From NCBI GenBank assembly GCA_965285935.1, contig OZ260661.1, forward strand, positions 138,694,001 through 138,758,000: 64,000 bases of DNA, read 5' to 3'. This DNA comes from Ophelia neglecta. Its lineage: Eukaryota. Position 1 is the stretch's first letter. Each line of letters starts with the position of its first letter. Below the pieces are notes generated by a model. That model was not told where the DNA came from and did no database searches. It saw nothing but the letters and a program-made list of their open reading frames with translations. The translations under genes and the position numbers were made by a program. Below, one piece after another: positions 52,301 through 62,580 of the stretch.

Positions 52301-55300
52301 GACCCCCCCAAAACTGACACTGGCTGCCAGTTGTGCACCGGAGTCCGACGTCGGTCAAGTCACATTCGACCGGGGAACGCCACCTGTAACCAAACAACCT
52401 ACATCGCTCGCTATGCCCAGCGCACCGGCTGGAGCTCAAACGCCAAATTCGCTATCACCCGGTCCCGCCGCACACGGCACGTCCCTACCCCCCGACAAGC
52501 GGACAATATGTCACGCTTCCGACGGTCAATCGCTTAGTCACGCACGAGCAGATTGTATTCATACAAAGAGCAAGACTGTCGAGTTGTCAGCCCAGCGTGG
52601 CCTCCCCGCATCCGGGAATTCCTCTCCGGACGACCAGTCCGCCCCAATTCCATCACCTGGCCATATACTACACCCATCAGTACCATCTACCAAGATATAC
52701 GACCTAGTACATGTAACTCGAGTCGGCCTGCCAAATTACAGAGGCGCCAAGAACAGGCTTCCCAGCAAGTTGAACATTCCCTATTGGGAAGAAAAACTTA
52801 GGAAAGGGCCAGACCCAGGGGTGGTAGACTTGGCTATGTATGGCTGGCCGCTGGGTGTGGAGGGGCGCGAACATCCTGTCTCAGCGCCGGCAAACCACGC
52901 GTCAGCCCTGGCATATCCTGAAACAGTAACCACGTTCTTGGAGAAGGAAACAAAACTCGGTGCCATCGCGGGACCGTTCAGAGAACCACCTTTTGAGCCA
53001 ACCTTTCAGACAAATCCAATGATGACGCGCCCAAAAAGGACAGTGCAGAAAGACGCGTAATAACTTATCTTACTGCTCCAGGGAAAAACGGGGTGAATCC
53101 TTTGATCCCTAGGGACGAGTATGACGGTTACCAAATCAAAACAGTGTTTTTTTTTGTTTTTTTTTTAACATAGAAATACTGTTTATTTGCATTGGCTGTG
53201 TCCCCAACAAAAGGCTCCATAAAAGGGGCTATGCTTCTGTTGCCGTGGGTCATGCTCGGGATATGCCCCGAGCACTGGCGCACTGGCGATGCCCTAGTTA
53301 ATGGTTAGAGCAGGGTAAGTTATGCATATCCAGAGCAGTTCTCACAGCACTGTGGCACAGATCCTTTCACAGGAAGCCACATAAACATACATCAGTTGAA
53401 CAAGAGTTCACATGATATTAAACTTCACATTTGTAGACTTTTTAATAGTTACGATTACTCTAAAACAATAATTCATGAAAATATAGTATCTTCACAAATT
53501 TCTTGTACCCTTGACTACTACTGGTACCTTTCAGAAGTCACAAAAAAATTCTGTCAACATTAAATGTGGCCAGTAACACAATATTATGATGCATCATATA
53601 AACAAAACCTAAGCAATTGGGCAGGTACTTTGTTATACAATTAACAAGACAGGTACTTTTGGACAATTTTTTTTAGAACTGTAAGTACATTTAATTAAAA
53701 TATTATTCTGTGATATACATGTTCAAGATAATCAGAAAATCCGTAGTGTTTTGAACACTGGAATGTCTTTACAAAGTTAATATTTGTAAACAAATAAATT
53801 TGACAATTAGACCCGTTTTTTTTATATTTCTCATCATTTAGAAAATAAATTCACGAAGATAATAAAAGATTATACCTAGTCAGATAAATGAAAAATTGAA
53901 CTGGCCTTTTGTCTCACATTTTGGTAAGAAAGAAATTTTCATGTGTAAATGCAGCGGAATGATGATTACCATATACTCTGAAAAAAGTGCCCATGGAAGC
54001 TTATATGCTTTAAACCCCCAAAACCACAGTTAAAAGTGTCAAGATGGGAAGATTTTACCACTAAAGCAGGGTGGGTGCTTATTAAGCCATTGGAGCTTAT
54101 TCCGAAGAATACGGTAGTGATGATTTTAAAGGCCAGCATGGGGAGCAGAAGTCAGGTATTTTCTGATTTTCTTTAGGCCAGCGGGACTTTCTGGAAGTCA
54201 TTTTTTTTAGTCATTTTTTAAATTATTTAAGCTCAGTTCCACATTTTGCAGATCTATAGTCTGAAGTTCAATTATTGTCATGTCTACAGTGTTGCCAAAT
54301 CACTAGATGACAGTATAATACATTTTTTCTGTTAAAACCCTCACACCATCATTCTAATAAACTAACACACATTCATATACAATACTGACTTGTACAAATT
54401 GTGTGCACTTGAAATGTACAGTGCTGAACATTTGGGGCATCCAAGACTTAGCAAATAAAGAAATAATCAAAGTGATCATTTGGTAAATCATTACAGATTC
54501 TCATCATAAATTTTAGACTTGACAATTGTGTGGTGTTAATACAACACAAGTACAACACAAAATAATCCATGATAGAATAGAAAAAAAATTTAATGGCCAC
54601 ATTTGATGATTTACACAAAATGACACTGCAGGATACTGATTTCATGACAAAAGGCAATAAGACCTATATACACACATGAGAGACCAATATTCGCCAGGCC
54701 AAAATTCACAGCCAAGCAGTTTTTCGTGCAATTCGCAAAATTACACCCATCCGAATACTTTTACCATAACAGAACTTCACAGTTTCCCAATAACAAGCCG
54801 ATTTTTGTGATTATATTTTGTTAATCTAAATGGCAAGAACAAATAATAAAATGAAATATTCATGCCACTGTATACTAAAGTTTTTTTTTTAATTTAAACA
54901 TTTATTTATTTATTCTGGGTCCTCTCATAGCCAAGGCTCATAAAGCTTGCTAGCAAGAAATAGTCCAAGAATGTTCTTCAATATTTCCTTTGAAATGTTG
55001 GGGGCCAAAAATTTGAATTGGTAAAGCATATCTTCAGAATCCTAAAAATTATCAGTGCCAATAAAAATTCATAAGTGGAGATGAGACTGCCTAGTAGAAT
55101 ACCATGAAAACACACATGTACGCAAACCAAGTAAACAAATGCAAAAATTTAGTTTAATCTTTAGCAAAAACAAGCTATAATGGCAAAATTATTCACCTGG
55201 GCTCAACTAAATCAAAACAGTGTTATCTAATCACATGAAACTGGCAAATTTAATTGCAGATCTGGGACAAGGGGCTTATCTCTCAAAAATTGACCTAAGC

Positions 55301-58300
55301 AGGGCCTACAGGCAGATCCCGGTAGACCCCCTAGATTGGAGCCTCCTCGGCCTGTCATGGCAAGACGAATGGTAGGTACTATGACTTGGCACAACCATTT
55401 GGGGTGCGTTGGGGGGCCCTATCCTGCCAAAGAACCACCAACGCAGTGGCTTTCATAGCGAAAGAAGAGCTGGATGCACGCGTGTACCCTTTTATTGATG
55501 ACATGGCCACCGCAGCAGGTGGTTTCGACACAGCAATTATGCAATACCAAGGTATCTTGGACATACTAGATAAGATGGGTCTCGATATTGCCGCAAATAA
55601 GTGTGTTCCACCGACCCAAAATTTAACATGGATTGGTGTAAATTACGATACTCAAAGCATGGTAATGAGCATTGAACAATCAAAGATCGCTGAGGTTTGT
55701 TCACTGTGCACAGACTGGCTAAACAAAAGAACTGTCACCGAACGCGATCTACAAAAACTGTTGGGGAAAATTTTTCATGCAATAACGTGTGCCCCAATGG
55801 CCAGACGGTTTGTAAATCGGCTCCTCGACCTGCTGAGGATTGCAAAGAAACACAGGAGAGTTAAAATTTCAGCAGAGGCGCGACGTGATCTCACGTGGTT
55901 TGCATTCTGCCTCCCCTCCTGCTCAGGCACGAGGCTCATCAGAGACCGGAAAGTGGAGTGAGAGTTGTCCGTCGACTCTTGTCTTACCGGAGGGGGAGGG
56001 GTATCGCCGAATGGCTGTTACGCGGTGGAATATGACAAATCGATCACTGATTGTGGTTTTTCTATTTCAGCCTTAGAGTGTTTTAACCTATTGGTGGCGG
56101 TCCGGCTCTGGGCAAAGGAGTGGAATAGTAAAAATCTTGTGCTGTGGTGTGATAACAAGTCTACGGTCGACGCTATCACCTCCGGTAGAGCCAGAGACCC
56201 GCTGATGAGGGCGTCGATCCGAGAGTTTTGGTACCATTGTGTCGTTAATGGTGTCTCAATTACAGTGAAACACAAGGCGGGGATTCTGAACCAGGAGGCG
56301 GACCTGATGAGCAGGCTTCACCGGAAACCAGATTTTGAACAGCTGATGGACAGTTTTGTGAAAGACACCGGAAAACAGCCAGTAAAAGTACCATGTAAAT
56401 TTTAATGCCTCCATTGCCCTTTTAATGACATTTTTTTTCTATTCGTTGCAGCGGCGCTTTTGAGAAGACTTGGCCAGGCAGCTCGACTTCGGAACGAGCA
56501 GCTTATCGAGACGGCACGTGGAAGAACTACCGGTCAGCTTCGGTAACGTTCGTGCAGTTCTGCTTAAACAACCAAGTCGACCCTAAGAATGTGTCTATAG
56601 ATGTCGTGATGCGCGTTCCTCGAGTGGCTGGCGGCCAACAGCTTGACAATCGGTGTAACGTACCTCCTGTTTTTTTTGTGTTTTTTTTATTATATAATAA
56701 TTTGTTTTGTAAACGTTTAATGTCACTATGACACCTAGTTATTTCTCAGATTAGTTTCCCTCCACTGTAAACCGGATATGGATAAACCCTGATGCTGCAG
56801 CCCCCTATAAGTAGATTAGGCATTGGGCGACAGATTGTAGGACTAGCCATTTGTTATAGGAACATTTCCCCAAATATGACCCCTTAGGAACCCTAATACC
56901 GCCAAAGATGTAAGTAGAAGTTACAAGTTATATATGTGTCAAGATGTAGGGTTTGTGCTCAAGGTCAACTTTCATATCACTCTATTATATTTTATGTCAA
57001 ATTTCTTGTATTTAAATCCATGTTGTAGAAGGCCACTGTAATACACTGGTCATAGCACGAGGTCATGTATGCGTGTAGCTGCCCACTTCAATGTACTTGC
57101 ATTCGCTCAGTTGAGCTATATTTAGAGTATCTACTGGCCTCCCTGAACCTTATGCAGAGTGAGTTGCGGGTCAGAAGGTCATAAAGTTTGTCGTGGGTGG
57201 TAGACTGCACACCAGTGTGGACAATTCTTAGCTTAATCTAATGTAGAACCAAGCATAGGCCTATACATATAGTTCTGTCAGTAAAGTTTATAAAGTACCA
57301 TGTAAATGGATAAAGTTTATGTGTATATATGTATTCTATAGCTAAACTTTTAACATGCCAGACAGGCTTAATTTATTTGTATTGCTTGGTCTGTATATCT
57401 GTGCAGTATGTAAGCACGTATATTATATAGCTGTCATTCAATATCTTCTGTGTTAAGGACATTTTAACTCTTACTACAAACATATGTCTCTGGATATTTC
57501 ATAACCCTTCTGTTTGCGCCTATATGGTTTATTATTATGTATTATTCTGGCTATCTCACTATTATAAGGAGTGCCTGTATTTGCTAGTGCCTATGGAAAT
57601 GTATAGTATTGGTTTTTTGCTCTTTGCAGTTGTAACCGTCAATCGTCCATCGTCCATCGTCCATCGTCAAGCCTATATCCCACCATTTTCAATTACAAAA
57701 TTTATAACATTTACCATTCAAATAACACACCATTCAATAGCATCCACATTCCATAATGTCTATGTTCTATATATCATAATAAATTTTTACAAAAGTAAGA
57801 CGCGTATACATTCTTTGGCAAACTTTAACTTCTTATTGTATCACACCTAAACTACTCCTCTAACGATAGCACGGGCTGTGCGTTATAATCGGAACTATTA
57901 AAAACTACATTGTTGCAATAAAACTTTTATTCAGGTGTTGGGGGCGCGAAATGGATGTGTTCGATATCCTGTCGTGGTCTCTATTGTTAAAAGGACTCCG
58001 GCTGACCGTAAGGATTGGGGGAAACCGAAAACCGGGGTTGCCCATCGGTCATTTGCAGTAAGTAGTGGTAATGTGTAACTCAGATACCAAATTTCAGGTG
58101 CTCAAAGTGGCGCTACTGATAGGTTACTTTGCCTTCCTGCGAGTGTCAAATCTTGCGCCAGCTTCGTCATCGGTCTTCGATAAATATCGGTCTTCGATAA
58201 AAACCGTCACACTACACAGGGAGACATTCGTCTTGTGGATGAGGGGCTGTTTGTGGATGTCAAATGGTCAAAACCATACAACAAGCGGGAAGTATCACCC

Positions 58301-61300
58301 CAATTCCCGTTCCTGCCCTCACCGGGTCGAATTTGTGTCCGAGGCAGGCACTCCGCCAATACAGGTGGAGCCTTCGAAAACTCAAACTGAAAAAGTCACA
58401 CCCCCTCCTCCATTCCACCGGAAGCACTAAGGGCCAAATAATCAGCATTCCCTCGTTGAGGTCATTGTTCCGCGAAGTCCTGGAACTTGCAGGCCTAAAG
58501 CACCATGGGTACTCTCTGCACAGTCTGAGAAGGGGAGCCGCGACGGAAATGTTCGACGCCGGGGTCCCATTAGACCACATTAAGGAGCATGGGACCTGGA
58601 GGTCAGACGCAGTACGCCGCTACGTGTCTATAAGATCCCAAGTAGCCCAAACTTTTAAACGACTAACCTTAAGCTAAAAAATCTATTTCACCAAGTCAGG
58701 GGGGAAATGGGGAAAAGAGAAGGGTGTCTCGTATATAAATTATGTGGTCATTATTGACTGAGTTTCGTGGCACATGGCCTATGTATATATGATTGTCTAG
58801 CACAAGTTTCAGGGCTTACTAGTTTGTAACGTTGCCCTCTTGCGGGTTTTTTTTGTTTCTTAGCCCACTCTCTCCCACTTCTACATGATTGTTGCAATTT
58901 TTTTTCCCACACTGCTAGAATAAACACTTATTAACAAAATCTTTGGAAATAAAACACACAAATTTGGCGGTCATGGTAGAGTATAGCCTGCAATTTTACA
59001 GGCTTCAAACAAATTCTTATAATTAATAAAAAATTTATACCGCCAGGTTTGTGTCGTTCTTTCACTAATTAAGATGGAGTTTTGCTACAACAGTAAAAAT
59101 ACTCTTTGACACTAGAATCTTAGACTGAACAGGGGGTTTGGTAGTAATGTGGATTAATATGACCATGACATCCTCTTATGCTGGTTTCAGTGTAGCCAAT
59201 TTCAATTCAACAAATACATAATTATGACGAAAAATGACTAAATGTCCCCCTCCCAAAAAAATCTGCTCAAAACACCTGAAATTGCCTGAAATGTTAGGAA
59301 AAGCAATACAACAAACATTTTGCACTTTTTTAGCCAATAACTTTTCTTCTTGTTAAGCGTTGCTATGACAAGAATATTCTGATATATTATGGTTAGCTAT
59401 TGCTGGAACAAACTAGCTAATATAATTTTTCTCTAGCCAAGTTTGCACACGGTTCATCTAATAAGATTTTCAAAAAGATATGACAAAGTGGTAGAAATCT
59501 AGCCAATAAAGTAAGTTGCAAGCGTTTCCAAACGTTTGTCTGACTAGCCTTTTTCAGAATAATCATAACCCCTTTTGGATAAAGGCATTCTCACTAACTT
59601 AGGAGTTATAAATATTTGCTTGGCATCGTCAAGCAACCAATATAGAATTTCACACAAGAGCTTTGTGCTTGCCGACAACAACGTGCCCCTGTAACTCCGT
59701 ATCTCCCATCAAGCTTGCGACACTTCTGACAAATCTCATGAATAGAAACAGGACATCTGGATGGAGTGTTTAATTTTAACAGGTGCACGATTATCAAGTA
59801 TCCAGTAGATTAATCAAGTTCGCTCCGTCTTGTCTATAGTCACACTTTGCACATCTGTCTTGTTTTGTCTTAATAACCAACCGTCCATTTATCTGATTTC
59901 TTCCCACCCATGGTTTACACATTCTGTGACTCTTTGCAAAAAGTGACGAGTTTGCAAAAATTACTGACCAATTTTTTATTGTTTTTATGTTAACAGTAAG
60001 ATTGTAATACTGCTTAGAGAGGCCATGGGAAATTAACATATATGATCCAGTTTCCAGACATGTTCACGTCCACCACCAGTTATCTTTTTCCTACCTTATT
60101 AAGGAACGGCATGTGGAAATAAAATAAAATTACCTTGACTTTGTCTTCTTGGTATTTTGTTAATTCTCCAGCTCGTTTAAGAAAGTCTTTCCATGTATGT
60201 TGCAGAGTGTCAACTGTGGTTTTGGAGTATTTCTTGACCAGATCATAGTACCATTTGTCCTGTACTGATTTAAGCCATTCTTTGGCCTTTTGCGATGCCT
60301 TTATGTCATCTCGTTTGATAGTGCACACAAAATGCAGTGGATCTTCACTATTTTTTGGCCACTGAATTTCACAATCAAAGTTTGCTAACTCTTGCTCGAC
60401 TACTTTCTTTTGAAAAGACATGATGAAAGCTAATACATCAGTGTCCGTGTCTGTGATGTCTAGAAATGATGGTAGTCTAGTAGGAGGTTTGGATGTGTCA
60501 TGACCGGGAGGAAGAATACCCAGACATTCATAATACACCTTGACAACCAGGCCAGTGTTGTTTAGGTTGTGCCTTCGAGACACAACTCTTTTTAATACTG
60601 GAAAATTAAGTTAAACAGATTATGAGAAAGCTCAAATGACATGATAATCTATGAAATATGTAAAGGGATATGTTTTGAAGTTTATATGAACATAGTCTTC
60701 ATTTTCGGTTTCAGTTTTTAGAATAAAGTTAGGGGTCATGCAGTACTATAATCCTTTTTTAATCAAATTGCTAAAACTGATGTCAAAATAGACATAAAAT
60801 ATCCAGCCTAAATTTTAAATTCTCACCAGAATGAATTCAATAAAAAAAAGGGAAATGTACCTTTTCGATCAGAAAACTGGATGGTTGCATACTCTTCTTC
60901 CTTATGGAAATCTACTCTGTTGATGGGTCCTCCACCACTTCTTCTTTCGTTCTCAAAGTAGAGGGACAGCAAGTCCTCTTTGACACCACATATATTGTGG
61001 ACCTGAATACTATCTGGGAGTGGCACTTGCTGAACACACAACATACGGCCACTCAGAGGCTTCAAACTGACTAGTTTTCTAACAGCATCATAATCTGGCA
61101 AACGCATGAAATAATAAAAATCTGTTTAATCCTGACGTTAGGATAAAAATCTGATTGTATGCTCTTTATTAAATCAACTATATATTTACTCTTCTAATGT
61201 ATGCCCTGAGGTGAATTCCGAACGGTCCTTTTGTTTAATCACATGACCAAAGATTTGCATTAAAAAAGATATTTAGCTGTTAACTTGATGTATCAGTTTT

Positions 61301-62106
61301 GAAGCTAACCGTCTCTAAACATATTTATATTTCTTGCAGTGCAGTATCAGAGTAAGTAGATTTAAAAATTACCGGGGATACCATCAAATTCCACCAAGGC
61401 TACTCCCTCTGTCAGTCCAAACTGAACCTGTTTGATCTTACAATCGGCGGTGCACTGCAGAAACAAAACCAGGTCTTCAGTTGGGGTATCCTCATCTAGA
61501 GAACTGACTAGGATTTTGTCCTTGTAAACTGGTCCATGTATTGGCGCTACTGGTCTTGCAGGTTGTAATATCTTGATGTTTAAAGTTCCACCATCAAGCA
61601 CGAGGGGTTGCTTCTGTATCACTCTCCGAGGGGCTTAAATACAAATTGTTACATTAGCCATTCAGTTTAATGCCAGGGATGTCCGTTAGAATGAATGGAG
61701 AGAAACAAGAGGAAAGGTCAATTATGATATTATTTTACAAAACGTAAACTAGCAAAACGAGACATGACTTTCGTTAATCATTTTCCAAAACCAATAGTAA
61801 AATGAAATATGTTATTTATTTGATCAATAATTAGCTGCCTCCTAAAAGATCACACGCACCTTCAATAGTTGGGTAGGTAATGACGGCACGTCTATTTGGC
61901 ATATCATAATGAATTGCTTCAATGCATTCACCCCCTGACCTCCGACGATTCTCAAAGAATAAAATAAGAAGGTCTTCATTCGTGTCCGCTGGAAAACCCT
62001 TGACTTCTATGGCACAACTCACTGCTGGGACTTCTATCTCGAAAAAAATTAAAGTCGGCTTTTATCAGAAAGATATTTAATAATAAAGTTGTAGGATACC
62101 TGCCAT
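37156..62106 (-). CDS. PARP14: PARP14-like mono-ADP-ribosyltransferase, 16 coding exons, about 1386 aa (RRM-like x3-4, KH-like, one macrodomain, WWE, ART)
   Basis: Exons with GT-AG boundaries and matching phases: 62100-62106, 61860-62033, 61373-61633, 60861-61094, 60134-60597, 51087-51227, 50099-50918, 49652-49801, 49374-49532, 48749-49237, 46925-47175, 46607-46801, 40346-40553, 39364-39515, 37851-38025, 37156-37436 (sum 4161 nt, divisible by 3). Motifs: FFENRRRSGG (RRM), GDLT..AIVNAAN (macro), VQWYY (WWE), LWHGT, GVYFA, QAYPEY (ART). The symbol marks family resemblance, not proven orthology. The 7-nt first exon is the least certain. Confidence 0.9.
37851..38025 (-). CDS. PARP14-like exon, ART domain with catalytic His
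   Basis: IERVQNTSLFQQY...ENNLWHGTSVDTLESINRYGFNRSYCGKN. Confidence 0.94.
39364..39515 (-). CDS. PARP14-like exon, start of ART domain
   Basis: VPPNWT...LVALQTSSAEYQDV. Confidence 0.9.
40346..40553 (-). CDS. PARP14-like exon, WWE domain
   Basis: VQWYYEESGDFKEYPEEINSKIEEAF...FKIDFKAMVE...VKVIRK. Confidence 0.92.
40798..41978. mobile_element. Helentron-associated (HINE/DINE-1-like) non-autonomous element
   Basis: Starts aacaag, agtcccc subterminal motif repeated in the terminal hairpin, internal tandem units rich in ggtca, (ggat)n microsatellite before the hairpin. Confidence 0.6.
41015..41347 (-). mobile_element. tRNA-derived SINE
   Basis: Minus-strand A box TGGCCGAGTGG, B box GGTTCAAAGC, (CAA/CTA)n tail; partial second copy at about 47930-48058. 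Confidence 0.85.
42070..42884. mobile_element. HINE/DINE-1-like element
   Basis: atgcctccgcc near 42132 inverted to terminal ggcggaggcat; (ggac)n microsatellite; 3' hairpin; about 120-bp internal tandem units. Confidence 0.7.
43916..46352 (-). mobile_element. Crypton-like tyrosine-recombinase DNA transposon, apparently complete, in a PARP intron
   Basis: Single intact YR ORF; long terminal hairpin 43919-44081; second hairpin 46216-46280; ATA direct repeat at the inferred ends; no RT. Confidence 0.85.
44484..45926 (-). CDS. DUF3504 / KCTD1-ZMYM-QRICH1-related tyrosine recombinase (Crypton type), 480 aa
   Basis: Uninterrupted ORF; R in CQRGRE, HCLR, SGHKS and Y in IRSY give the R-H-R-H-Y set; N-terminal RF and C-terminal FKDCVVNI motifs. 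Confidence 0.92.
   Translation of the reverse strand: MARFAALSDQEVENLVDNRHAKKTKDVIKNGTNVLQAYCNEKLISRIDEMSDSDLVSVLAKFYAEARKMDGSLYTKKSLSTIRYGIQQSFLKKRGIDIINDPQFKPANDVFAGVVVNLKQQGKADVNHKEPLTREDLRKLYNHNMLDIGNPTGLQNKVFVDIMLHLCQRGRENLREMKASDLEVFTDSSGNKYVKYTKDTLTKNHRGEDDTKSQQGRMYAVPDDPKCPVISFEKYLQKLNPSCIYFWQRPCSRLQDSSIWYDNMPLGKNMLYNKMKHLSIQCELSHEYTNHCLRATSVTMLDSHGFEARHIMGVSGHKSEASIRSYSRHIEEGTRLRMSRAISAATGSEKLNPDKSVLKEINSVSKDPNSVPMEPNFVRQEPYFMPQEPNFDIMCPLDLDDLFDNNMPKDSTGVMLARENQVAVESICEDIVINPIINTANAPNTQSVHLSKRQKMDASLTGMSFKDCVVNININNNYSA
46607..46801 (-). CDS. PARP14-like exon (KH-like, before WWE)
   Basis: IARIQSLDQTYGVKITIE...IRLQGISDDISSVVEKI; phase 0-0. Confidence 0.85.
46925..47175 (-). CDS. PARP14-like exon (post-macro linker)
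   Basis: tag acceptor, AGLYSSLTDVDIP...LDETQ, gtattc donor. Confidence 0.82.
47930..48058 (+). mobile_element. 3' fragment of the same SINE family as 41015-41347
   Basis: agtgaggcagcact...gttgaaagccacgtaaaaaccccaaacaac match. Confidence 0.75.
48061..48566. mobile_element. HINE-like fragment related to 42070-42884
   Basis: Shared end cctgactacataatgc..ccgg...cttc..gggcggaggcata. Confidence 0.7.
48749..49237 (-). CDS. PARP14-like exon, macrodomain C-half
   Basis: SAGKLPCKHVLHAVGPVW...SVGIPALSAGVFGVP. Confidence 0.93.
49374..49532 (-). CDS. PARP14-like exon, macrodomain N-half
   Basis: [37 protein letters not shown]. Confidence 0.92.
49652..49801 (-). CDS. PARP14-like exon preceding the macrodomain
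   Basis: GMGKYFVSKRGQDFIVAVE; aag acceptor, gtaagt donor; 150 nt. Confidence 0.8.
50099..50918 (-). CDS. PARP14-like large exon, KH-like repeats
   Basis: 820-nt open exon within ORF 50073-50912; ends DVNKP|G and joins in phase to MGKYF. Confidence 0.88.
51087..51227 (-). CDS. PARP14-like exon (47 codons, absent from the ORF track)
   Basis: IKTCDSTCSVEIWGLDEPVFKVAYHLTEIQRKLEEELDHAKKSVTEQ; catag acceptor, gtatga donor, phase 0-0. Confidence 0.8.
53149..55208 (-). mobile_element. Retroposed non-coding insert with poly(A) tail and 16-bp TSD
   Basis: TSD aaatcaaaacagtgtt at 53133-53148 and 55209-55224; T-rich tail 53149-53166; minus-strand AATAAA at 53182-53187. Confidence 0.88.
56654..57887. 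mobile_element. Solo LTR (1234 bp) inserted in the DIRS YR gene
   Basis: TGTAACGTAC...GTGCGTTATA ends; ATCGG TSD at 56649-56653 and 57888-57892; removal restores NSLTIGTIKNY. Confidence 0.85.
60134..60597 (-). CDS. PARP14-like exon (RRM end and linker)
   Basis: Open frame VLKRVVSRRHNL...VKVYYECLG; cag acceptor, gtaatt donor. Confidence 0.85.
60861..61094 (-). CDS. PARP14-like exon, RRM-like
   Basis: SIQVHNICGVKEDLLSLYFENERRSGGGPI...ATIQF; 234 nt, phase 1-1. Confidence 0.88.
61373..61633 (-). CDS. PARP14-like exon, RRM-like
   Basis: DKILVSSLDEDTPTEDLVLFLQ...GVALVEF; 261 nt, phase 1-1. Confidence 0.85.
61860..62033 (-). CDS. PARP14-like exon, first RRM-like domain
   Basis: AIEVKGFPADTNEDLLILFFENRRRSGGECIEAI; tag acceptor, gtgcgt donor, phase 1-1. 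Confidence 0.85.
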
Positions 62107-62509
62107 TTAAATGATAATATACAGTCATTTTTTTTCAAAGTGCTGGCAAAAGTGGAATTTTTTTTCTCTCTTCGCAATGTGCTCAAAAAAAAGAAAACAA
62201 ATAAACACAGCGAATATCGCGCTCGGGGCCAGCTCTCGGACAAAAGGAGCTGAGCGAAGCGTGTCAGAGCGTGTGAGGTCATCCGGAGAACATAACAATA
62301 TGACGGACCGGTGATAGGCATGGGCAAGAGCGAATAAATCGTCCTGTAAATGACTATTCGTCCCGAAAATGGCAACGCAATGTATATTTGAAGACAATAG
62401 CGGTACAACTCAGGAAAATCTATATATGTTTCCATAAGCCGTGACAACCTGCCGAAAATCAAAAATTCATCTAACTGGTGAAGGTATTTGTTGGACTCAT
62501 CTCTAATTA

Positions 62510-62580
62510 CATGCATTTCGCTTTGAAGACGACCAACATGTTGCGTGGGAATGCATCGTGAGTCATCGTGACGCGTCGGG
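62510..62580. promoter_or_regulatory. Possible upstream regulatory cluster (AP-1 TGAGTCA at 62559-62565, CRE-like TGACGC, ISRE-like TTTCGCTTT)
   Basis: Motif matches 400-470 bp upstream of the inferred ATG; short motifs, could be chance. Confidence 0.25.

Larger units (their letters stand above)
51420..59062 (+). mobile_element. DIRS-order (Ngaro/PAT-like) tyrosine-recombinase retrotransposon, degenerate, two nested insertions
   Basis: gag Cys/His finger 51740-52174; RT YGWPLG..NHASA..GAIAGPF (52413-53130), IDLSRAYRQIP, FIDD (55225-55961); RNase H ISALECFN..WCDNKST..ADLMSR; YR FLRVSNL, HSLRRGAAT, GTWRSDAVRRY ending 58677. Termini are approximate. Confidence 0.88.

Noticed and set aside
53195-53260. 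SECIS element in the retroposed 3' end (minus-strand ATGA...GA)
   Set aside because: Helix and AA-loop spacing do not fit the canonical SECIS geometry by eye; an ordinary stem-loop is more likely.
62049-62516. 155-aa ORF as an N-terminal PARP exon
   Set aside because: No recognisable domain, and it runs through the inferred first intron to a stop; ATG-GCA-G|gt at 62106 gives a simpler model.
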